Of a stretch of DNA of 64,000 bases, positions 14,602-26,700 are shown piece after piece. Both the position numbers and the translations under genes were made by a program. Within the stretch, counting starts at the first letter, position 1; each line of letters starts with the position of its first letter. The notes beneath the pieces are model-generated. The model saw only the letters and a program-made list of their open reading frames with translations. It did not search any database and was not told where the DNA came from. Origin of the DNA: Dictyostelium discoideum (lineage: Eukaryota); assembly GCA_000004695.1 (NCBI GenBank), contig CM000151.3, positions 1,344,001 through 1,408,000 on the forward strand, in the 5' to 3' direction.

Positions 14602-14668
<67 letters not shown>

Positions 14669-15377
14669 TTGTTGTTGTTTTTGAATTAAAATTGAATCAT
14701 TTAATTCTTTAAATAAAATTTCAAGTTCGGTAATTTTTTTATTTTGACCATTTAAAAGTAAACAGAATTCAGTATTTTTTAATTCTAATTCATTAATTTT
14801 TAAATCTTGTTGATTTAAAATATTTGAAATGAATTGATGATGATTATCACCCTCTGTTAAATGTTGAGATAATTTTGATCTCCTAATCATTGCATTACAA
14901 CCACCTTTACTATATCTACATTGAATGATTGTTTCTGGACAAAACGATTTCTGATGTTGGTTAATCTCTTTCTTTTTAAATGGTAAATGACAATCTAAAC
15001 ATTTTATCGTAATCTCTTGACACCAATTGGCATTATGTGATTCCTTATTGATCTTATTTATAATGTCACCACAATACTCACAAGATATCTTTACGTATGG
15101 ACATATTAAATCGTGTTGTTCCTTTGTATTCTTCCTAAAATCAGGACATTGTGTAAACTCTTGGAATGGTAATTTACTAAATTCTTCACAATTCTTACAA
15201 CTTATAAATCCATATTGACATTCCTTTAAGTGTTCCTCCAATTCATTGATTTGAATTATCTCTTTACATCCATTAACTTCATCTTTTATAAAATCAATTG
15301 TATCAAAAAAACTATTTGGACAATGAATCTAAAAAAAATGAATAATATTAGAATATATATATATATAAGTATGTATT

Positions 15378-15409
<32 letters not shown>

Positions 15410-15900
15410 GTTTATTTAAAATTATTTACTTTAAAAGTTGTAAATTTTTGAGTTACTAATAAATTACTTGATAAACTTTCAATTGATTCAACATCAACAC
15501 CACATTGAATGCAATTTTTTTTCTTTTCTAAATGTTTTTCCCAACAGTTTAGACAAGTTGTATAATGACCATTTTTACATTGAACTGCTTTGAATTTATC
15601 TGCATGAAAACTATTAACCAATAAATCAGAACATATTGTACAAAAGTATTTCTTTGATATGTTCTCTTTATCAACTACTAAGTTACTAATTGGTATATCT
15701 AATTGATTATTAATTTCATTTTTATTATTACTATTATTTTTATTATTATTATTGTGATTGTTATTGTTATTAATATTATTATTGTTATTGTTATTGTTAT
15801 TGTTGCTGTTGCTATTGTTATTGTTGTTATTGTTGTTGTTGCTGTTATTATTGGTAAAGCTTGATTGTTCAATGGTAATATCTTCTAATTCAAACTCCAT
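14012..15900 (-). CDS. RING-finger / TRAF-type zinc-finger / coiled-coil / MATH(TRAF)-domain protein. Exon 1 is 15430..15900 and exon 2 is 14012..15328, giving about 595 aa.
   Basis: Exon 1 carries a C3HC4-like RING (CTICSDLL...CKNGHYTTCLNCW...CIQCG). Exon 2 carries repeated C-x-C...H...C TRAF zinc fingers and a polyQ coiled coil. The C-terminal MATH-like block is FLKWFPFGKK...IEIEIF. The intron runs 15329..15429 (GTAAAT..TTTTTTTTAG) with phase 0 on both sides, verified against the ORF frame. Confidence 0.8.
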
Positions 15901-16363
15901 TTTATATATTTTGTATATTTATGTTCTATTCTTTATAATTTTTTAAATATATAAAAAAAAAATAAAGAAATATTTATAAAAATGTTTATTTGTGGATTGA
16001 GGTTAGTGGCAATGAAATTAAAATTAATTCAAAAAAAAAAAAAAAAAAAATTCAAAAAAAAAAAATAAAAAATTAATTTATTTATTTATTTTTATTTTTT
16101 TTTGGATTTTTTCCCGTTAAAAGATCAATATTTCCATACACATTCAAAAGTTTTTTTTGAATTGTAAAAAAATGGACAAAAACTAAACGATTATAATTTA
16201 AATGGGAAAAAAAAAAAATTAAAAATATAAAAAAAAAAAAAAAAAAAGAATTTAAAAAAAAGAATCAAATTCTAAAAAAAATAAAAATAGAAAAAAAAAA
16301 TAAAAAAAAATAAAAAAAGAAACACATTAAGATACACATCAAAGTCTATCACCAGAGATTGAG

Positions 16364-16788
16364 GAACATTTACTCTGGACCAAAATAATAATAATTTATT
16401 GGGTGGTGATCTTGTCTCCTATAGAAATAATGTTCCACAAATTGGTTAGTATACTTTTTTTTAAAAAACTATAAAAAATAATATTTAATCGATAAATAAT
16501 AAATAATAATAATAAATAATAAATAAAAAAATAATAAATAATAAATAAAAAAATACCAATTTATTATAAAAATTTTCTTTTTTTATAAATTTAGTTGGTG
16601 ATACATCTAATGAAATTTATGAAAGTTTGAAGAACCAATTAAAATATAGATATGCAGATGGTAATATAAAAAAAGCAAATGATTATATAAATTGTATTTA
16701 TTTAAGAGATTGTTATCAAGATTTGATTAGAGATAAAAAATCAAATAAATATATATTATTAACAATCAATTTCATCCAACAAATGTAA
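16364..16788 (+). CDS. Small two-exon gene with an SRP9-like product. The 5' end is unresolved because the upstream exon has no in-frame ATG. The 3' exon is 16595..16788, and the upstream exon ends at 16444.
   Basis: The spliced frame gives ...VPQIVGDTSNEIYESLKNQLKYRYADGNIKKANDYINCIYLRDCYQDLIRDKKSNKYILLTINFIQQM*. The motif LKYRYADGNI...C.Y..D.YQD..KK resembles SRP9 (human [34 protein letters not shown]). The donor is GTTAGT at 16445 and the acceptor TTTAG at 16594, phase 1. An in-frame stop at 16360 lies upstream, so an initiator exon must lie further upstream or splicing differs. Confidence 0.35.
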
Positions 16789-17016
16789 ACAATAATTATT
16801 GAATTGTCAAATTCATTTAAACATAATAATTATAAAAGATTTTATAAAAAAAATTTTCTTTGAATTTTCTTTTTTATTTTATTATCAATAAAAAAAAATA
16901 TCTTTTACTGGTTTACCCACAACACTTTTTTTTTTTTCTTTTTTTTTTTTCAATTTTTTTTTTTTCAATTTTTTTTTTTTCTTTTTTCATTTTAATTTTT
17001 AATAATATAAAAAAAA

Positions 17017-17033
17017 ATGACAATTTCTTTGAA

Positions 17034-17098
<65 letters not shown>

Positions 17099-17610
17099 GT
17101 GAAGATGAAAAATTATTTTGGAAAGTTTTTCATAATAAATTTTTATTTTTTAAAATTATAAATAGTATAGAAGAATTAAAATTTGATTTTCCAAATATTT
17201 CAACCTATTATGATTTAAATATTAGAAAGAAATTTAAGAATATTAATGATTTAGGTTCAATGGCATTATATAAACAATATTCAATATTAAAAGATAAATT
17301 AAAACATAACGATTATATTCATTTAAGTCCAAGTTCAATAAGAGAATTTATAAGATATTGTGATGATAAATCAATAATCTCACAAGTTTATTCAAAATTT
17401 AAATTAGAGTTCAATTTACTAGTTAACCCAATTTCAATTGCATTTTCAAGTAATAATATTCAAGCTTTAGATTTATTCATTTTCAATTTTAATTTACAAA
17501 TTGATAAATCATCATTTCAAGATATTATCGAATCAAAAAATTCTCAATTACAAAAATATATTTTAAATTTAATAATTAATAATAATAATTCAAATAATAA
17601 TAATAATTCA

Positions 17611-17679
<69 letters not shown>

Positions 17680-20559
17680 TCAAATAAGATTTTAATTAAA
17701 TTACCAAAATTAAAAAGATTATTAAACTTATATTTTTGTGGTGAATCAATTGATAATGAAGTTTTGAAATTAATTATAAATTTATATAAAATTGATAGTT
17801 TAAAAGAATTAATTGATGAAAATGAAATTGAAAGTTTTGAAAAAATTAATATAAAAAAATTTATTGAAATAAATGATATTTTCATTCAAAAGGTTTTAGT
17901 AGATTTAAAAATTGTTGAAAAATCAAAAGAAACTTTTAATTTTGGTGGTGATGGTAGTGGTGGTGATTATTTAAATGATAAAACTATTGAAGAACTTTTA
18001 ATTATGATTGAAATTATTTATAAAATTGGTAAAGGATTAAGTGATTCTGATGTAAATAATTTAATGAATACAAAAATTATTAATAGGGCATCATCATCAT
18101 TGGAGAGTAAAGAGAGTTTTAAACAGTTAAAGAAATTAATAGTTTTAGAGAGTAATTCATATTATTTAGAATTCTTTGAAACTTATGGTGAACCTGTATT
18201 AAATCAAGGTTATAATTATTATACCAATTTTTATAATTATTCTTTTCAAACTTTTAATCCACAAGGACTTCAATCTTTAATTGATTCAGCATTTGATTAT
18301 ACTCATTGGATTTATCCAATTTCAAAAAAAGATGATCCTATTAATTTTAAGAAATTAATTAAAATAGTCTTAAATGATCAACAAAGAGTTGTTGATTTTT
18401 TTAAATTATTTTATAATCAATCTAAATCTAATAATTTTAAATTTTTAAAACTACAACAACAACCACCACCACCACAAGAAGGAGAAAAAGAAGAAACCAT
18501 TGAAATAAAATGTAGAAATATAAAAGAAATATTTGATATAGTGGTTTCTTTATTAAATAGAAATATATGGGAGCAGTTAATGAATATTAGAGGTTTTCCA
18601 ATATCATTACTAACTTCAATACCACAAAATATAAGTAAAAATAAAAGAAAGAAATTTTCATTTGAAGATTCAATTTTTTATATTGAAAAAATTATAAAAT
18701 CAATTGAAATCATTTCAATCACTCATAAAAGACAATTATCAATATTACCATTCAATTTTAAAACTACAAAACATATTGATTACTTTTTCAAAACTATTGA
18801 AATTTTCACTTTTAAATGTAAATATTTAGATTTCAATAATGATCAAGAATTAATTGATTATTTTTGTGATAATATTCCAATATCAGCTATACCACTTTTA
18901 TTTGATGATGATGATGATGATGATAATATAACTACCGACAGTCAAAATATTCTTAAACAAATCTTAATTAATAAACAATTTAAGTATTGGTTTAAATTAT
19001 GTAATATTTTAGAAATTAAAAAGTTTGAATCATTAATTTATAATTTAAGTTCAAAAAGAAATTGGATTAAAAAAGATATTGAAACTGAAAAAATATCACT
19101 TTTATTAAAGTTTTTATTTGAACAATCAGAATTTTCAAAATTTTTTAATAAAAATAAAAGTAATGGTTCTAGTAGTGGTAGTAGTACAGAAAATGATTTA
19201 AATGAATCAATTATTATTGAATTTTTTCAAGATGTTATTTTTCATTTAATTGATAGGGAAATTAAAATTTCACAACTTGATACATTAATTAATATTGATT
19301 TTAATTATCAACCATTTGTATCATTCCTATTTGCATTAACTTCAATTGGGTATGATTATTTTGAAATTTCATTCATAATATTAAATCAAATTCAAAATAA
19401 ATTTTCAATAATTTCAAATCAGTTAACGTCAATTGATATTTTTGAAAGAATATCAGAAGAAATTTATCAAGATGAAGATTATAATCAAGATATTTATGAT
19501 GAAGAACATTTAATTTCATCAATTGATATGTGTTGGTTAATAAATAGTTTCCTAATGATTATACCAAGTGATTTTTATAAAGCTTGCTCCTCTTTATTTT
19601 CAAGACTTTTCTTATTTCTTTCAAGATGTAAAGATATTAATTTGGGAATATTGGATTCTATTAGATTACTATTAGAGAATAAATCAATTGAATTAAATAT
19701 TGAACCAAAAAAATTAATTGATATTTATCTTTCAATAAAGTCAATTAAGTTATCAGAATATCAAAAAAATAGAACCATTAAAGAAGGAACAGTTGATTTT
19801 AACTTTAAACTTGATTTTATTAAAAATTCAAGCGTTGAAATACTATTGGAATTATTAATTAGTGATAATATAAATCAACTATATAATAATAGTGAAATAG
19901 TTGTACGATATTATTCTATCACTCAAGATTTAATTTATTTATTACAATTGAATGAAATCAATTTATATTATAGGGTTTTGGATTTACATTATTATTTTAT
20001 TGGTAAAAACAATGGTCGTTTAAATGAATCTGATATTAAATATATAGAATCTGCTATTTTAAAAAGCCTTCAACTTTCAATTAAACTATTTAGATCAGAA
20101 AGACAACTTGTTAGATTCATTGAAAATTGTAATATTACTATCGAAAATATACTATATCATTCTTTAATGAATAATAGATTGGATTTCATTAAGTTTTTAA
20201 ATGATAATTACCACCCAATTCAACCAATAAAATATACTTCAATATTTCTTATATTTTCTTCAAATCATTTGGATATTGCAAAGTATTTACTTTCTAATCT
20301 TAAAGATAAAATTCTTATTGAAAAAATTGAATGTAAAACTCTTTTCAATCTTTTATTTAGAGGTGGTTTTTTAGAAATGTTTCAACTTTTATTAGACCAC
20401 TATCCTAATCTTATTAGTTTAGATCAAGATTCTTTCAATTTTGATGAATTTATATCTTTTCAAATTTGTAAACCTGCTATATTATACTACTATAATAATT
20501 TACCAATTAAGTGTAAAGTTTTAAAAAAGGTACTAGAAGAGTCTATTTTAAAACAATAA
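17017..20559 (+). CDS. Orphan low-complexity protein of 1180 aa with no recognisable catalytic domain. The C-terminal third shows weak ankyrin-like helical repeats. It is a single exon.
   Basis: A continuous ATG-initiated ORF. It has a polyN run after Met, a second polyN at about 17585-17680, a polyD run, and the N/K/I/F-rich composition typical of Dictyostelium coding sequence. No family-diagnostic motif was recognised. Confidence 0.6.
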
Positions 20560-20689
20560 AAAATAAAGTTTAAATTGTTTCCTTTCAATGTAAAATTTTT
20601 ATTTTAATAATTTCTAAGTATTGTTTTTCTTTTTTTTTTTTTTTTTTTTCTTCCTTTTATTAATTTTTTTTAAAAGATATCCAGTATTT

Positions 20690-21480
20690 AAAGGAGATTA
20701 TGTTTGAAAGCGCTGATCCTGGAATTCAATAAACTCTGAAAGTTTATTTTCTAAAATTAATAATTTGTTTAAGGAATTCATTTAGGTCTTTAAATTTACT
20801 CGGATCTTTTGAAAGAGTTATTATAATTTTTTTTTTGTGGTTAATTTCAGAGGCTCTAATTTTTTCGAGTTGAGTTGATGCATTGATTGCGATTATAATG
20901 TAGTATAGTTCCTATTTGAATGTTTGCAATTAGTTTTATTCCTTCTATTATGAGTATTGGTGTGATAGAAATTGATTTTCGTCCCGGAATAGGCATCCTC
21001 AATTATATTTCCACTTTTCTCACCTATTAAGGATCTGTGTGTAGTAATTTTCTCTTTGTTAATAGGGAACCTCTTATATTGTTATTGTATAGAATTGTTC
21101 TTGCTATTGCTTCGATCACCAGTAAAAAGTTTTTTTTTTTTATAATTGATAAATCAATGTTTATCCATTAAAAAGTAATTGATAGTTTTATTTATAGATT
21201 TTAATTTTTTAAAAGTAAAGAGGTTATTCCTTTTTTACTTTGATTTTTCAAATATATGGAATTTTAATTTTAAAATGAATTTTAATAGAGTAGTTGTTAT
21301 TGTTATTATCAATTTTTAGATATCTACACTTATGTATTTTATTTGAACTCCAGAATCAGTTCTTCCCAACATTATATCCTTGCAGGTTAGTTTTCTTAAT
21401 TTAATTTTTAGTTAAAGGAAATCTTTTTGGTCTTTTGCTCGGTTCTTTTGAAATAGTAAATTAAAAAAAAAATAAAAATT
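20690..21480. mobile_element. ORF-less block of moderate GC content carrying internal direct repeats. It lies about 90 bp downstream (3') of the tRNA-Pro gene. It may be a retrotransposon fragment or fragments; a 3'-end fragment of a tRNA-gene-targeted TRE3-type non-LTR element is the family I would test first.
   Basis: The sequence differs sharply from the flanks (for example gcgctgatcctggaattcaataaactctgaaag and cgtcccggaataggcatcctc). Two diverged copies of a roughly 60-bp unit end in A/T runs: aaggaattcatttaggtctttaaatttactcggatcttttgaaagagttattataattttttttt at 20764-20838, and aaaggaaatctttttggtcttttgctcggttcttttgaaatagtaaattaaaaaaaaaa at 21415-21476. There is no ORF of 60 aa or more. 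Its position relative to the tRNA 3' end fits the TRE3 integration preference, which is established knowledge of that family. Confidence 0.35.
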
Positions 21481-21531
21481 ACTTTTATATTCTAGTTTAT
21501 AATTTTATATAAAATGCTAAACCTTGTTATT

Positions 21532-21543
21532 GGGAATCGAACC
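21532..21543 (-). promoter_or_regulatory. External B box (exB), an extra RNA polymerase III B-box consensus GGTTCGATTCCC, 30 bp downstream of the tRNA-Pro gene.
   Basis: The plus strand reads gggaatcgaacc, which is GGTTCGATTCCC on the tRNA strand and duplicates the intragenic B box GGTTCGATTCTCGG. It sits inside a short hairpin (cttgttatt...aataacaag) that does not fold into a full tRNA. ExB boxes about 30-40 bp downstream of Dictyostelium tRNA genes are established in the literature. Confidence 0.5.
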
Positions 21544-21572
21544 TGTGAACTTTGAAATAACAAGATAAAATT

Positions 21573-21643
21573 GGGGAGATCCGAGAATCGAACTCAGGAC
21601 GCTACCACCCAAAGGTAGCATTATACCACTTAACTAATCTCCC
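21573..21643 (-). tRNA. tRNA-Pro (anticodon UGG), 71 nt.
   Basis: Manual fold of the minus-strand sequence GGGAGATTAGTTAAGTGGTATAATGCTACCTTTGGGTGGTAGCGTCCTGAGTTCGATTCTCGGATCTCCCC. The 7-bp acceptor stem is GGGAGAT/ATCTCCC. The D arm is GTTA-AGTGGTA-TAAT. The anticodon stem is CTACC/GGTAG with loop TTTGGGT (U33, anticodon TGG). The T arm is CTGAG-TTCGATT-CTCGG. The discriminator is C. Confidence 0.9.
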
Positions 21644-21850
21644 TTTTTGATGAAATTGAAGATTTATAGTAAAAAAAATTCCAAAAGTATTATTTTATCA
21701 CTTTTAAAATATACTTAAGTGGTAAAATAGATTATTTGAGTGGTATAATCTCCCTTTTTGATCAAATTGAAGTTTTTTTAAAAATAATATCCCAATTTTT
21801 TCCTTTTTGAAAGAATGGAAGGTTTATTGAAAAAAAATATCCCAGTTTAC
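21634..21850. repeat. Tandem array immediately upstream of tRNA-Pro. There are three copies of a roughly 50-bp unit (CCTTTTTGAnnAAnTGnAAGnTTTnTnnAAAAAAAATnTCCC). The first nine nucleotides of the tRNA and its 5' flank are duplicated (21634-21665 resembles 21746-21777). An inverted partial tRNA D-arm copy (ttaagtggtaaaat / gagtggtataat) lies at 21706-21750.
   Basis: Direct comparison of taatctccctttttgatgaaattgaagatttatagtaaaaaaaattcc with taatctccctttttgatcaaattgaagtttttttaaaaataatatccc and cctttttgaaagaatggaaggtttattgaaaaaaaatatccc. The D-arm-like segments are in the opposite orientation to the gene. Confidence 0.6.
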
Positions 21851-22580
21851 TAATTCTCCTTGATTATTTTAAACTTTATTATATCATAAAATGGAATTTC
21901 ATATTCCTTACCTCCCAATACTACATTAATACGAAAATTACACTAAAAACTACAACAACAACAACTACAACAACAACTACAACAACAACTACAGAAACAA
22001 TCAATCAAAAAACATCTTCCTAATATTTTTAAAAATAAAAACTGTATAAAAAATTGAGGCCTTTAGAATTATAAACCCAAGGAGTGGTAATTAACCAATG
22101 AATTATTCATTTTAAAAAAAAAAAACTTTAAAAGAATCCTAATAATAAAAAAGCTATAACAAAACTAGGGCCTAATAGTTTTTAAAAACTCTATATGAGA
22201 ATCAACTTACAATTGCATTACCCAATCCAAAAAAAAAAATGAATGTATTAAATAAGTTAATAAAATCTTTTTGTATTTTTTATTTTTTTATTAAATATCA
22301 GGATAGAAATGATTTAAATTTATTTAATGAAAAATCAATTCTTTGTATATAAAAAAAAAAAAAAAAGATTTTTTAACTGAAAATGAGATCAAATTTTGAT
22401 CGGGTTACAAAACAATTTTCAAAGTATTTTAATTAAATTTTTTTTTTTTTTTTTTTTTTTTTCCTTTTTTTTTTTTTTTTTTTTAATCAGTTAAAAAAAA
22501 AAAAAAATCAACATTTTATTATTTTTTTTTCCAACTTTTTTTCATAATACAAATAATAATATAACAATAATTAATAACAA

Positions 22581-23288
22581 ATGGGGTCAGGAGAATCAAA
22601 AAACTTTGGTAATATTGCTCAACAATCAAGATTAGATCATGCAGATTTAACAGTATTATTAAAACAATTTAATGCAATTTCAAAGAATGGTGAAATTAAA
22701 AAAGATGATTTAAAGAAAATCATTGAAAAAAAGTATGGTAGTGATAGTTCTTTAACAGCAATTCTATATAATTTATTTGATCGTGATGGTGATAAAACTA
22801 TTAATTTCACAGAGTTTGCTTTAGCATATGGTTTTTTAGTTAATAAAACTTTAGACGATGTTGTCGATACAAGTTTTCATTGTATGGATTTAAATGGTGA
22901 TGGAAATATTAGTAAAGGTAAACAAAATAAAAAAATAAAAAATAAAAAATAAAAAAAAATAATAAATAATTTAATATTTATTTAATATTTATTTAATATT
23001 TATAAAGGTGAATTAAGAGCAGTAGTAATGATGAATAAGAAAATGGAGAAATATATTCAAAATGATAAAAAAGTACCATTAGATAAATTAACATTATTAC
23101 CAATTGAAGTTTCAAAAATTAATCAAGAAGCTGATGATTTATTCCTTCAATTAGATGTTAATAAAGATGGTGGTGTTTCAAAACAAGAATTTATTCAATT
23201 AGCTTCTTCAAGTCCTGAATTAAAAAAGAAATTAACTTCATATTTAGTTCGTGATGAAGCACTTGATTTCTTTGGTACCACAAAATAA
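22581..23288 (+). CDS. N-myristoylated EF-hand calcium-binding protein (calcineurin-B/CHP-like). Exon 1 is 22581..22917 and exon 2 is 23008..23288, giving about 205 aa.
   Basis: It starts MGSGESK (an MGxxxS myristoylation motif). EF-hand loops are [12 protein letters not shown], a loop ([12 protein letters not shown]) completed only after splicing (the donor GTAAAC follows AGTAAAG in phase 1, and the acceptor TATAAAG adds GT to finish the Gly codon), and [12 protein letters not shown]. The intron is 90 nt. Confidence 0.85.
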
Positions 23289-23437
23289 ATTTAGAAAAAT
23301 AAAAATAAAAATAAAAATAAAAAAAATAATAATAATATCAAACTATGTACTAAAATAAAAAAAAATAAAAATAAAAATAAAAAAAAATAAAATGTATTTT
23401 AAAATAAGGGATTATTATTATTATTATTTAAATAAAT

Positions 23438-23496
<59 letters not shown>

Positions 23497-23730
23497 TATT
23501 ATTATTATTTAAAAAAAAAAATTAATATTGGTTATTATTATCATTATTGTTATATGGTATTGTTTCTATTTATTTATATATTTGATTTGATTATTTCTTA
23601 TATATGAATATTTATTTATATTTATTTATTTTATTTTGGATATTTATGTTTTGAATATTTATGTTTTGTATATTTATATTACTACAATTACGCTACGACT
23701 AATTTGTTCATTTTTTAATTTTTTAAAATT

Positions 23731-26700
23731 TTATTTTCTTGGTGGAATGATTGGTTTTTTAGTAAGATTGAGATCTGATGTTTGTGGTGAATGTGGTGGT
23801 GTTGCAGTTGGAGTTGTTGTATTTGTTGTTGGTGGAAATGGAACAGGTGAATTATTATTAATATTATTATTATTATTTACAGCAACATTAACAGCACTAC
23901 CTCCACGTGGTGGTAATGGCATAACTCTTGGTTTACCAGTTGGAGGTGTTGTAAAATCAGTATTGCTATTATTATTATTATTATTGGCAGATGATGGTAA
24001 TGAAAGATCATCTTTAGTTATATTATTATTATTAGTATTATTTTTTACAGAAGAAGGTACAAAAGAGGAATGTGATGTTGATGGTACAAATGTTGATGCA
24101 GATCTTGCACTATTATTTGGTGCTGCTTGTTTCAAATTTGATAATTTTGATGGGAAAGCAATTGGTTTAGCTGGTTGGTTTGTTGTTGTTGTAGTTGTTG
24201 TTGTTGTTGAAGAATTTGAAGTATTATTATTATTTATTAATGTTGATACAGGAGCAGGTGCTGTAAATGAACCTGGTTTAGGTAAGGGTCTTGTTGTTTT
24301 TGTTGGTACAGTATTATTATTTTCATTTTGTTGTGTTATTACAGGTTGAGAAGGAGTAGGAGTAGTGGTTGGTGTTACAGATAATGGTCTTTGTTGTCTT
24401 GATGGAATTGGTGGTGCTTGTTCAGTTGTGGCAGGTTGTTGTTGTTGTGGGGATGATGTTTGATTTGAATTTGTTATAAATGTTTTCTTTATAGTTGAAG
24501 TTGGTCTTGGTTTTGCAATTGGTGTTTGTGATGGTAATGGTGTTGAAGCTGAATCAACAATTGTTGGTGGTTCATCAATAACAACTGTAGTATTAGTAGT
24601 AGTGGTAGTAGGTGTAATTGTTGCAGAAGATTTTGATTTTGGTGGTGGAGGTGGTAATGGTTTTGAAGGAATTGCATGAACTGGTTTTGATTGTTGTTGT
24701 TGTTGTTGTAATGCACCAGCAGCAGTTTGAGTTCTATGTAATGATTTTGGAGAATCAGAAGAGATACCATTTGAAGAAGGATTAGTAGTTGCAATTGTAC
24801 TTCTTTTAATATGATCTAAAACTTTATCAGCATTTCTAGAATATTCTTCACGATGTGGTTTAATTAATTCATCCAAATCAGTGAACCATTCCATTTTTTG
24901 TTCGTAAGAATCTGCAACCAATGTGAATCTTCTACCGGTGGTACCAGGTTGACTAATTTCAAAGGTATTACAAAATGAACTACCTCTATTCTCCTCGCCA
25001 TCAACATTTGTAGAGGCAATGATGAATAGAGTTTCGAGACGAATTGATTTCTTATCTTTTTGAGTTCTCATAATAATATCATTAAAGAGATAATAATGCA
25101 TTCTACCAGAGATTTTATCTTTTTCCTCGGTTAATTCACCAAAAGTTGCTTCACGAATCAAGTAACGAGTTGGAGTGAAGAATACAAATTTCTCGGGTGC
25201 TTGTAATTTTTCATGAATTTTATACATTTTTTGATGAATTTCAGCTTTTCTTTTACTTTCATTAACAGAGAGAACCACCTCTTGAATTTCAGTGTATGCT
25301 TTCTCTAGATTCGCTAAATCCGGATGACCTTCACAACTATTCTTTATGAGTTCTCTTAGTAGTAATGGATATTTACAAAGACGTTGAACTGGTTTAATTA
25401 GAAAACTCTCTAAATTACATTGTCTACATTCTGTACTTGCTTGTTTCTCCTCTAGAAACTGTTTAAATGATGGTATCTTTTTACTACAACGTGCAATATG
25501 GTCGGCTGAAATGGTCTGATTTGCACAATAACCACTATAGATTTTCAAATATTTAAAGAAATAGATAAAACATGTACCAACTGTATGATTTGGTTTCTCA
25601 TCTGGTGCTTTTTGTAAGAGGTCACTTAACAACTCTTTATTTACATTCAATAGTAATTGAATATTTGAAAATATTATTGAAATATCTTTATCGGGTATAA
25701 TCTTTGACTCCTTTAATGGTGTCAATATAAAATTTACAATTATATTTAAATCTGCTATATAATCTTTCTCTGTATTAATAATTTCATTAATTACCATGTT
25801 TCTCATTTTATTTTCACCTTCTTCTTTCATTACATTTTGATGTATAACTTGTGCAAATGCTCTTGTAACTTTAATTACAACTTCTCTCTTTGTACCACCA
25901 TTTGGTGATGATATAACTGATGATCCTGATGATAATTCTGTTTTATCACCAACTAAATTATTTGTTGAATTATTATTATTATTATTTGTTGTTGTAGTAG
26001 TTGTACCACTATCTGTTCCACCACCAACATTTATATTCTCTGTAGATGGTGATGTATTTAATCCTCCACTACCTGTTGTTGTTGTAGTTGTTGTTATATT
26101 ACTTAAATCACTTGATGATATTGATTTTTCAATACCTTCACTATTAATTGGTGTTGGTGTTGATGTTCTACTACCATTACTATTATTATTATTATTTGTT
26201 GTTTCATTATTTTCAATATTTGAATCTGTTGTATTATTCTGTATTATATTTGCATCTTCTGAACTTATACTATTTCTATCTGTTGTATTATTCGCTAAAT
26301 TATTACTACTACTATTATTATTATTATTACTCTCTATAAATGATTTACTTGGTGATGAATCAATTTGAACTGGTGAAGTTGATCTTTCAATAATTAATGA
26401 ATTTGATTTTTTAACAGAGAATATCTTTGAAATTACAGATGGTTCTCTAGTTAATTGTACTTTAGTTGGTGTTGAATCTTTATCTTTTTGTTCAGTAATA
26501 TCTTCTTTTTCTTTTTCTTTTTCTTTTTGTTCCCTTTTAGATTTTTCTTTTTCTTCTTTTAATTTCTCTTTTTCTTCTTTTTGTTTTTGTTTTTCCATTT
26601 CTAAACGTTCCTTTTCATCTTTAATCTTTTGTTCTTTTTCTTCTTTTTGTTTTTGTTTTTCCATTTCTAAACGTTCTTTCTCATCTTTAATCTTTTGTTC

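Noticed and set aside
21515-21566. A possible second tRNA adjacent to tRNA-Pro (contains a GGTTCGATTCC T-loop consensus).
   Set aside because: It folds only into a 9-bp hairpin with a T-loop-like sequence. It has no D arm or anticodon arm, and a T-stem cannot be formed. It is better explained as the external B box.
23636-24349. A 237-aa plus-strand ORF overlapping the 3' part of the RhoGEF gene.
   Set aside because: It is a G/V/L-rich nonsense translation of the antisense of a Thr/Pro/Asn-rich coding region. The real gene is on the minus strand, with DH-PH motifs.
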